DNA of 64,000 nt, taken from contig OZ245742.1 in assembly GCA_965227295.1 (NCBI GenBank), forward strand, positions 672,001-736,000, read 5' to 3'. Shown here piece after piece: positions 56,675-64,000 of the stretch (position 1 is the first letter of the stretch; each line of letters starts with the position of its first letter). This stretch comes from Leptonemataceae bacterium (GTDB lineage: Bacteria; Spirochaetota; Leptospiria; Leptospirales; Leptonemataceae). The translations under genes were made by a program, and so were the position numbers. Below the pieces are notes generated by a model. That model searched no databases and was not told where the DNA came from. It saw only the letters and a list, made by a program, of their open reading frames with translations.

Positions 56675-58316
56675 TCGATCTTTGCCGGGCCCGGCGGCGC
56701 TGCTACTCCTCGCGACGGCGCTCTTTCCGGCGGCGTTGTTCGCCCGGGGCGGCCTGGCCGTGTTGCCGTTCCGTGTGGAGGGCGACCCCGCGCGCTCCGG
56801 TCTGAAGCTGCCAGCAATGTCGGAGCGCCTCCAGGAGGCCAGCGTCTTTCTCCTGAGCATTAGCCGGGAGTATCGCCTCCAGAGCACCACGGAAACCAAC
56901 GCCGCCCTGAAAGAGCTGGGCTGGCGACCGGAGCAACCGCTCACTCCGGACCGTGCCGAGGCCGTCTGTCTGCAGGCCGGGGCGGACTATCTGCTGGGCG
57001 GATCGGCGCGCTTCGTCTCTCGTGAGAGTATTTTCCTGAAGGCGACGGTCTACTTTTGCGGCCGCAATAAAACCGTCCAGTCCCAGGCGACGGCGAAACA
57101 CACGACGCTCCAGCAGAACATGCGTCGCATGCTGGACGAGGCCACACCGTTCCTCCAACCCCGCCCGCAGATCGGCGTGGAGAATCCGCAGACCGGCCGG
57201 GCCGTGGACCTGGCCGTCATCCTGGATTTCTCCGGTTCCATGTCGGAAGATCTGCCGGCTATCTTTCGCGGCCTGGACGCGCTCCAGCAACGCCTGCCGG
57301 ACGGCAGTCGCATCGGCGCGATTACGATCCAGGCCGGGAACAACGGCGATCGCCTGGATGCCATCCGCATGACCCGCGCCTGGTCTCCGGTGCTGCAGGA
57401 TTTACAACAACGTCGCGTGGACGGCACCGTAACGGCGAACGGCCTGGAAGAGGCCCTGGGCATTGTCTCGCGCTACCGGGGCTGGCAGGGGCAACGCAAG
57501 CTCCTCGTGTTCTCGGACGCCGCCCTGGGGGGGCGCCGGGCCGATCTGGAAAACTATCTGCGCCGCATCGCACGAAACGGGGTGGAGATCCGCCTCTTCT
57601 CGCTGCTCCGCCAGTCGTACGAGGACCGCGAAGAATGGCGGCGCCTGGCACGCACGTTGCGCCTGGAAGATCCGGGCGTGTTGTACGGGCGCGAGGTCTC
57701 CCTCCAGGACGGTGAAGAATTGTTCTTCGTGATGCAGGGACGGCGGTTCTTTCTGAGCGAACGCAATCTGAAAGGGGACGTGGTGCGCGGACGGCTTTCC
57801 GACGCCGAGATCCGCCCCATCGAAACAATTCACTTCCAGCGCGAGAAACTGAACTTAGAACACATCCCCGATGAGTACGCCCGCCTCCGCGACCGCCGGG
57901 TGAGCGCCATGGGGCCGGTGCATTCCAATCTGGAGCTACGCATTCTGGACGCGGCGGTGAGCGGCCTGCCCGAGGAACACTCCGCCCCGCGGGTGAGCGT
58001 GCGCAACGAGGGCACGGCGTTCTGGCTGCGCGTGAGCGATCGGGACGTCCGCCGGGAACTGGCCCGGGCCCGACAAACCGGGGATAAGATCTACATCGGC
58101 TTCCGTCCGGTACCGGCCTCCAGCCCGGGAGAACGCGTAGCGAATCTGGCCGAACCTGTGTATACTGGATCCCAGGGCGCGGTGCCGCTGCTCTTCGTTA
58201 CGACCTGGCGAGAGTTGAACCAACGGCCGGCGTCCGCGCTGAACGGCCAGGATACGGTCTTTGTCCTGGTGGAAGTCTTAGAGATCGGCGATGACGGATC
58301 AGACATCTTACAATAA
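56658..58316 (+). CDS. Exported vWA-domain protein
   Basis: Signal peptide, LAVLPF TolB-N-like start, MIDAS ILDFSGSM, LLVFSDA. Confidence 0.8.
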   Translation: MMQRFIRSLPGPAALLLLATALFPAALFARGGLAVLPFRVEGDPARSGLKLPAMSERLQEASVFLLSISREYRLQSTTETNAALKELGWRPEQPLTPDRAEAVCLQAGADYLLGGSARFVSRESIFLKATVYFCGRNKTVQSQATAKHTTLQQNMRRMLDEATPFLQPRPQIGVENPQTGRAVDLAVILDFSGSMSEDLPAIFRGLDALQQRLPDGSRIGAITIQAGNNGDRLDAIRMTRAWSPVLQDLQQRRVDGTVTANGLEEALGIVSRYRGWQGQRKLLVFSDAALGGRRADLENYLRRIARNGVEIRLFSLLRQSYEDREEWRRLARTLRLEDPGVLYGREVSLQDGEELFFVMQGRRFFLSERNLKGDVVRGRLSDAEIRPIETIHFQREKLNLEHIPDEYARLRDRRVSAMGPVHSNLELRILDAAVSGLPEEHSAPRVSVRNEGTAFWLRVSDRDVRRELARARQTGDKIYIGFRPVPASSPGERVANLAEPVYTGSQGAVPLLFVTTWRELNQRPASALNGQDTVFVLVEVLEIGDDGSDILQ

Positions 58317-59082
58317 CGACGCAACCGCGCTGTCACCGGCGAACCCCGGTGTGCCGGCGGAGTTGTTGGCGGAGGAACTGCCGGCCCTGGCCGCGGGTCT
58401 CGTGCATGAGGTGAAGAATCCCCTCGCGGCCATCCACATGCATCTGCAGTTGCTTGAGAATTACGTCGGCGACATCGACGAGGCGGAGCTGCGCGGCAAG
58501 ATCGGCGACAAGGTGCGTCTGATCAAAAACGAGATCCTGGGCCTCAACCGTACGTTGCACAACTTCCTGTCGATGATCCGCCCCGGCACGGGTCCGAAAG
58601 AACTCAGTGACGATTTGAACGGCCTCGTCGGCGAGGTGGTGGAACTGCTCGAGCCCCAGGCGCTGCGCGAGGGCATTGAGCTGACGTTTCGCCCCGGGAA
58701 TGTTGCCTCGTTCGAAGCCGCGGACGCTTCGTTCGTAAAGCAGATCGTGTTGAATCTGATTCTGAATTCGATCCAGGCCTTTCAGGGCAGCGAAGACTTC
58801 GACGACCGCCGCATCGAGGTGAGCACGGGCGAGAAGAAGTGTTATCCGTACATCGCCATCGCCGACAACGGGCCGGGCATCCCGGAGAACGTGCAGGAAC
58901 GCATCTTCGACGCGTTCTTTTCGACGAAGGGCGGCAAAGGCAGCGGCCTGGGGCTTACGTTAGTGCGCAAGATGGTGATAGCCCTGGGCGGGCGCATTGA
59001 ACTTCAGTCGACGCCCGGGGAGGGAACGAAGTTCTTGGTGTTACTGCGGGGCAAGGGCGCGCCGCCCGAGATTGAGGGGTGA
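58291..59082 (+). CDS. Sensor-less histidine kinase (HisKA plus HATPase)
   Basis: LVHEVKNPL, NLILNSIQA, DNGPGI, FFSTK, GSGLGL; only ~30 aa precede the H-box. Confidence 0.9.
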   Translation: MTDQTSYNNDATALSPANPGVPAELLAEELPALAAGLVHEVKNPLAAIHMHLQLLENYVGDIDEAELRGKIGDKVRLIKNEILGLNRTLHNFLSMIRPGTGPKELSDDLNGLVGEVVELLEPQALREGIELTFRPGNVASFEAADASFVKQIVLNLILNSIQAFQGSEDFDDRRIEVSTGEKKCYPYIAIADNGPGIPENVQERIFDAFFSTKGGKGSGLGLTLVRKMVIALGGRIELQSTPGEGTKFLVLLRGKGAPPEIEG

Positions 59083-59090
59083 AAGCCTGA

Positions 59091-59196
59091 AGTCCTTTGC
59101 ACAAACGCCACGCGTTTGTGGCGGCCCTGGACGCGGCGCGAAACGCGCAAAGGACTGAGCAAAGTGGGTATCAGCGCAACGCACGATGTGTTGCGC
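59091..59196. other. Highly structured HK-RR intergenic region
   Basis: AGTCCTTTGC/GCAAAGGACT stem enclosing ACAAACGC-CAC-GCGTTTGT, followed by a GCGCAAC...GTTGCGC hairpin. Confidence 0.5.
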
Positions 59197-59260
59197 GTTC
59201 GGATTTCTGTCATCGCCGTGCATGGGTGAGGGCAGGATGCCCGAGCACATGCGCAACTAT

Positions 59261-60631
59261 ATGGCAAACTTTTTGATCATTGAAGACAACGCGGCGCAGC
59301 GGGCGGCGTTGGAAGAGTATCTCGAAGGACTCTCTTCGAAAGAAGAGAAACACACCGTGTACACCGCCGCCGACGGTGAACTGGCCCAGGCCGTACTCAC
59401 CGAACGTCGGGTAGACGTAATCCTCAGTGATCTCATGTTACCGGATACCACCGGCATCGACATTGTCCGCGAAGTGCGCAAGGGCATGCCTGACGTGCCG
59501 TTTTTGATTCTTACCGGACAACCTTCGATCGAGACCGCGGTCGAAGCCATTCGCGAGGGGGCCACGGACTATCTGCTCAAGCCCGTCGATTTTACGCTGC
59601 TCAAGAAAAAGATCGACGGTTTTCTGGAAACGGCGCGCCTCAAAACCGAAAACAAACAACTGCGCGCACGCATTTCGGACCAGTTCCACACCGGCAACAT
59701 CATCGGCAACAGTGCGGCCTTAAGAGGAGTTCTGGAGAAGTTAAAGCAAGTCGCCCCGGCGGACGTGACCACGCTGATCGAAGGCGAAAGCGGCACCGGC
59801 AAAGAGCTGATTGCGAATCTCATTCACGAAAATTCCGGGCGCAAGGGCAAGCCGTTCATTAAAGTCAACTGCGGCGCACTTACGAAAAGCCTGCTGGAAT
59901 CGGAGCTCTTCGGCTCCGTAAAGGGGGCTTACACCGGCGCCGATCGTGATCGCGAGGGTTTCTTCGAAGCGGCGAACGGCGGGACCATTTTCCTCGACGA
60001 GATCGGCGAGATGGATCCGGAATCCCAGGTGCGCCTGTTGCGCGTGCTGGAAGAACGTGAGATTACCCGCGTGGGCTCGACGAAGTCGATTCCCGTGGAC
60101 GTGCGCGTCGTGGCCGCCACGAACCGCAACCTGCTGGACGCCGTGGAAGAGCAGGATTTCCGCGAAGACCTCTACTATCGCCTGGCCGTAATCAAACTGT
60201 ATCTACCGCCGCTACGGGAACGCACGAGCGACATCCCGCTGTTGTTCAATCATTTCGTCACCGAGTTCAACGATCGCTACGGCAAGTCGGTGCGCAGCCT
60301 TGCTCCGGATCTGCTGTCGTTCTTCGAGGCCTACGAGTGGCCGGGCAACATCCGCGAGTTCCGTAACGTGCTGGAGGGCATGGTGGTCCTGGCGCGGGAC
60401 GACATTTTACAGAAAGGCGAACTGCCCCAAGAACTGCAAAACGTTCCGCAGCGAAAATCCAACAAACGCCTGACCGACAGCGTGATGGCCGGCATCTCCT
60501 TACAGGACTACGAAAAGGCCATCATTGAACGCAATCTGAAACTGAACAACGGCAACCGCGAACGTACCGCGGAGACCCTGGGCATTTCCGAACGTACCCT
60601 CTACCGGAAGATCAAAGAATATAACATCTAA
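59261..60631 (+). CDS. NtrC-family sigma54-dependent response regulator (bEBP)
   Basis: Receiver (IIED, DLMLP, KP), GESGTGKE, ESELFG..KGAYTGA, FLDEIGE, FREDLYYRL, WPGNIRE, C-terminal HTH. Confidence 0.95.
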   Translation: MANFLIIEDNAAQRAALEEYLEGLSSKEEKHTVYTAADGELAQAVLTERRVDVILSDLMLPDTTGIDIVREVRKGMPDVPFLILTGQPSIETAVEAIREGATDYLLKPVDFTLLKKKIDGFLETARLKTENKQLRARISDQFHTGNIIGNSAALRGVLEKLKQVAPADVTTLIEGESGTGKELIANLIHENSGRKGKPFIKVNCGALTKSLLESELFGSVKGAYTGADRDREGFFEAANGGTIFLDEIGEMDPESQVRLLRVLEEREITRVGSTKSIPVDVRVVAATNRNLLDAVEEQDFREDLYYRLAVIKLYLPPLRERTSDIPLLFNHFVTEFNDRYGKSVRSLAPDLLSFFEAYEWPGNIREFRNVLEGMVVLARDDILQKGELPQELQNVPQRKSNKRLTDSVMAGISLQDYEKAIIERNLKLNNGNRERTAETLGISERTLYRKIKEYNI

Positions 60632-60704
60632 CGTGCAAAAAAAGATTGGCACGTCCCTCTCCGACATGTAATCATTACGCAGCTCTTGTTTGTTGAGGTA
60701 TTGC

Positions 60705-61241
60705 ATGCGTCGTATCATCCTGCTCACACTCCTGTGTTCCGTCCCGCTCTTGCTGAATGTTTGCCAGAGTACGGGCGAAGACGCGGAATCCGGACAGCCG
60801 ACCGCCGAAAAGAAACCCGCGGAGACCGGCACGGATCGCGGAAGCGCGACGGGCTGCGTCGCCGGGGATTGCCAGAACGGTACCGGCACCTACGTCTGGC
60901 CGAGCGGCAGTAAGTACGTCGGCCAATTCAGCCAGGGGCTGCGCAACGGAACCGGCACCTATACCTGGTCCGACGGCAGTGAGTATGTGGGCCAGTACGT
61001 CGACGGCAAACGCAACGGCAAAGGGGCTTACACCTGGCCCAACGGCGAATCCTACGTCGGTGAATTCGTGGACGATCGCAAACAGGGCAAGGGTGTTTAC
61101 ACCTGGCCCAACGGAACGATCTACGAAGGCACCTGGAAAGACGACAAGCCCGATGAAGGCGAGTGGATTCGCACGAGCAAGGCCGCCATGAAGGACAACG
61201 AGGCCGCGTCCACGGGAAACGACAGTGAGAACATGGAATAA
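60705..61241 (+). CDS. MORN-repeat lipoprotein
   Basis: Lipobox LNVC; GDCQNG then four GTYTW.NG..YVG.F..G.R.G repeats. Confidence 0.88.
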   Translation: MRRIILLTLLCSVPLLLNVCQSTGEDAESGQPTAEKKPAETGTDRGSATGCVAGDCQNGTGTYVWPSGSKYVGQFSQGLRNGTGTYTWSDGSEYVGQYVDGKRNGKGAYTWPNGESYVGEFVDDRKQGKGVYTWPNGTIYEGTWKDDKPDEGEWIRTSKAAMKDNEAASTGNDSENME

Positions 61242-61247
61242 TCGGCG

Positions 61248-62012
61248 ATGATCCAGGCGGCCACGGGCATAACACTCACCCGCCGCAAACTCGGCGAGGC
61301 GGATGTCATCGGCCGCTTTTTGTTGGAAGACGGACTGCTCATCGAAGTCAAAGCCCACGGCATCCGTAAATCGAAGTCTCGCAGCAATCTTCTGTTCGAA
61401 CCGGGCAGCCTGGTCCGACTTACCTACTACGCCAACGAACGCGACGCGGCGCTGCCCGCTTCGCTCAAAGAGGGCCACGTCGTCGATCGTTACGGCGAGA
61501 TCAAAGACGCCGGCTACGACGGCCTGGTGATCGTGTCGCAAATCCTGGAAACGATCGCCTTCGCGGCGCGCACCGGCGAAGGCGAGGCCTCCGAAGAAAC
61601 GGCCATGGCCTACACGTTGCTCAAGGGCGCCCTCGACGAACTGCGCGACTTCGATTTTCGGAAAGATCCGCTACGCCTGGCGATGCTGCTGCTCTTCGTT
61701 AAGGTGCGCGCACTGAAAGTTATGGGACTGCTGGGGGATCCGCGCTCCTGCGCCGAATGCGGGCGCGCGCTCGGAGGCGAGGTCTTCTGGCATCGACCGG
61801 AACTCTACTTCACCTGCGATCTCTGCGCCGTCGACGCGAACGAGGACGACGGCCGCTGGGCCCGGGTGATTGCCGGCGCGGCCGGCGCACGCTTCGCCAG
61901 GTTCGTCGAACATCTCGGTGACGCGAAGATCGAAGCGCTGAAGATGCTCGATGAGATTCTGGTACGGTGCATTGAGCATTTTCAGGGGGCGCCGTTAAAG
62001 TCCGTGCGGTGA
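61248..62012 (+). CDS. recO: DNA repair protein RecO
   Basis: GEAD, AHGIRKSKSR, FEPG, Zn-finger CAECG...CDLC. Confidence 0.85.
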   Translation: MIQAATGITLTRRKLGEADVIGRFLLEDGLLIEVKAHGIRKSKSRSNLLFEPGSLVRLTYYANERDAALPASLKEGHVVDRYGEIKDAGYDGLVIVSQILETIAFAARTGEGEASEETAMAYTLLKGALDELRDFDFRKDPLRLAMLLLFVKVRALKVMGLLGDPRSCAECGRALGGEVFWHRPELYFTCDLCAVDANEDDGRWARVIAGAAGARFARFVEHLGDAKIEALKMLDEILVRCIEHFQGAPLKSVR

Positions 62013-62057
62013 ACGGAAGGGGGACGAATCACAAAGCCGCGAACCACAGCTCTTGAT

Positions 62058-63374
62058 TTACCGCAACGTTTCCGTCAAAACCGGCGCGTGGTTACCGTAG
62101 ACCGGGCCGTCGTACGGAACATAGACGTCGTACGGAAACGTCGGTGTAAGCAGGACGATCCGCAAAAACACAAACGCACTCAGCAGTAACATCCCGGCAA
62201 AAAACGGGAGTACGAACGGCCGGCGTTCCCCGACAGGCGTTTCGGCGTACAACAAAATCACCAGTGGAACAACGAGCGTCAGCATGCGCGCCGTATTATC
62301 GAAGACCGACCAGAAGTAATAATAATCCGCAAAGATGACACTGGTAATGGTTAACAGAATCGCCAGCCGAAACGGAAGCACGCGGCGGCGGTCGCCGGTG
62401 AACGCGGCGAAGGCGGCGGCAATCAGCACGATCAACAAAAGAACGTAAGCGGATTGTTTGATGAGCGCAACCAACGTCCCGCCGCCAGGGGCGCGTAGAA
62501 ACGCAAGACTGAGCGTCAACGTTTCACCGAGCATGGCGAAGATGCCCGCGAAGGGCGCAAGGAAGATCGTAAGGATTCCCGCGGGCACCATGCCGTGGAC
62601 TTCGCGCAGGTACACCTGCCAGGCAGCGGCGGGCACCAGGATGGCGATCAAGAACACGGCCTGGATCCAGCGGCGACGCAACAGGGCATGCAATCCCAGG
62701 GGAAACAAGAAGAACAGCGCCGGCTCCTTGGTGAGGATCGCGAGGGCAAAGCAGGCGTAGGTCGCGGCGAGTTTGCGCAGGCTGATGGACTGATGCCGGT
62801 CCCACTCGCGATAGTACGAGTAACCGATCAGCACCAGCGAAACCATGACGGCGTCACTCACCATCAGCACGAAAGACAACAGCGCAAACGGCGAGAGAAT
62901 GTACACGGTCGCTAAGTGTTTTTGACCGTCGGCTAACATCTTGTGCAGGCGATAAATGGAAAACACGAAGAACCCGATCTGCACCAGGAACATGCCGATG
63001 AGCGTGCCCTGGTTGCCGAAAAACGCAAACGGAGCCACCAGTGCCGGATAACCGGCCCGCGGCGCCCGATAGGCGTGAGAGAATCCCCGCGGCCATTCTC
63101 CGGGAATCAACAACGTGCGCGCGTAATAGTAAAAGATCTGCCCGTCGTAGCCGTTGCCGCCGTGGGCCTCGTTGCCGGTGAGTCGTACCGCGCCCGCCGG
63201 AGTGTACTCCGGGTTCTGCGCCACGTAGTCGTGACCGAAGCGAATGAGCACGGACGGATTAAAATCGTAGCGGGCGAGGATCGCCAGACTGGCCAGGCCG
63301 TAGAACACGGCAAAGAGCACGAACTGCGCGCGCAGAGAGGCCGGCCGCTGAAATCTCGACAAACCTCCGCTCAT
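62058..63374 (-). CDS. Polytopic membrane protein, GT-C-like cell-surface glycopolymer formation protein
   Basis: GYDGQIFYY loop motif, YRAPRAGYP, LTKE, about 10 TM segments; follows a GT2 gene. Confidence 0.7.
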   Translation of the reverse strand: MSGGLSRFQRPASLRAQFVLFAVFYGLASLAILARYDFNPSVLIRFGHDYVAQNPEYTPAGAVRLTGNEAHGGNGYDGQIFYYYARTLLIPGEWPRGFSHAYRAPRAGYPALVAPFAFFGNQGTLIGMFLVQIGFFVFSIYRLHKMLADGQKHLATVYILSPFALLSFVLMVSDAVMVSLVLIGYSYYREWDRHQSISLRKLAATYACFALAILTKEPALFFLFPLGLHALLRRRWIQAVFLIAILVPAAAWQVYLREVHGMVPAGILTIFLAPFAGIFAMLGETLTLSLAFLRAPGGGTLVALIKQSAYVLLLIVLIAAAFAAFTGDRRRVLPFRLAILLTITSVIFADYYYFWSVFDNTARMLTLVVPLVILLYAETPVGERRPFVLPFFAGMLLLSAFVFLRIVLLTPTFPYDVYVPYDGPVYGNHAPVLTETLR

Positions 63375-63380
63375 TTCAAG

Positions 63381-63998
63381 TTAGCCTTTCGTGGCAATGA
63401 GATGCAGACCGAAACGCATGCCCTGCTTGAGCACCTTACTGTTAAACGACGAATTCGAGAATACGTAGTGGATGGGAATTTCCGTGACCTGCATGCCCGC
63501 GCGGTAACACAGGGCGAGGGCTTCCATGTGAAAGTCGAAGGCCTTCGATTCCAGTTCGTGCCCGGCGATTTTCTCGGCGGCGCGACGGGAATAACGACGG
63601 AACCCGCTGGTGGTATCGTGCAGGCCGGGGCCGAGAATGTTCAAGTACGACTTCGCAAGGGCGTAGTTCACCACCCGGGCCGCACTCCAGGAGACGAAGC
63701 GCCGGTAGAGCGGAACGTTTTCCGGTTTCTGGCGCATGCCGATGACCACGTCGAACTGCGGGTCGGCGTTGAAGAAGTCCGGCAGGGCGTCGGGATCGTG
63801 AGACAGGCCGGCGTCCATGGTGACGAACCAATCGTAACCGGCTTCCACACCGTAGCGCAAACCGTCCTGGAGTCCGCGGGGAATGTGGGTCGCCTGCTCG
63901 TGGACGACGATGTTCAGTTGATGCGGATGTTTGCCGGCCTTGACCTCGGCCTGGATTTCGCGCAGGATCTCCCCCGTGCGATCCTTGCTGCCGTCGTC
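63381..63998 (-). CDS. GT2 glycosyltransferase (polyprenol-phosphate mannose synthase-like); 5' end outside the window
   Basis: DDGSKDRT, TMDAGLSHDP, DTTSGFRRY, EIPIHY. Confidence 0.88.
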   Translation of the reverse strand, partial: DDGSKDRTGEILREIQAEVKAGKHPHQLNIVVHEQATHIPRGLQDGLRYGVEAGYDWFVTMDAGLSHDPDALPDFFNADPQFDVVIGMRQKPENVPLYRRFVSWSAARVVNYALAKSYLNILGPGLHDTTSGFRRYSRRAAEKIAGHELESKAFDFHMEALALCYRAGMQVTEIPIHYVFSNSSFNSKVLKQGMRFGLHLIATKG

Positions 63999-64000
63999 GG

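Noticed and set aside
60646-60662. TTGGCACG, resembling a sigma54 -24 box upstream of the MORN lipoprotein
   Set aside because: The -12 position (GG-N10) reads TC rather than GC; there is no TTGC element.
60884-61150. Regular ~69-bp periodicity suggestive of an array
   Set aside because: Explained by in-frame 23-aa MORN repeats; not CRISPR.

Overview
Chromosomal segment of a GC-rich (roughly 60-65% in most genes) spirochaete of the Leptospiraceae/Leptospirales type. The assignment rests on a Leptospira-type citramalate synthase (cimA), a Loa22-like OmpA lipoprotein and Leptospira-style SpoIIE phosphatases. Most of the window is housekeeping: cimA, ilvB, holA, cinA, SbcD/YhaN-like pair, truA, a moaC-moeA-moaA-moaD-moaE-mobA operon, hemN, aroD, rluD-like, lpxC, adenosine deaminase, a sigma54 two-component pair, recO and glycosyltransferases. 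I found no rRNA, tRNA, CRISPR array or transposase. The most notable items are five. (1) A stand-alone two-gene 'mini C-ring' (7474-9572): a FliM paralogue without the CheY-binding N-terminus, plus a fusion of 2-3 FliN-like domains to only the FliG middle domain. (2) Three diverged copies of a ~115 bp multi-hairpin repeat with compensatory stem changes and GNA-triloop mini-hairpins on one strand. (3) A sigma54 -24/-12 promoter with upstream enhancer-like repeats in front of lpxC. (4) A cyanobacterial-type omega-3 desaturase. (5) An orphan, compositionally mosaic ABC/AAA ATPase. All family assignments come from motif recognition by eye, not from database searches.
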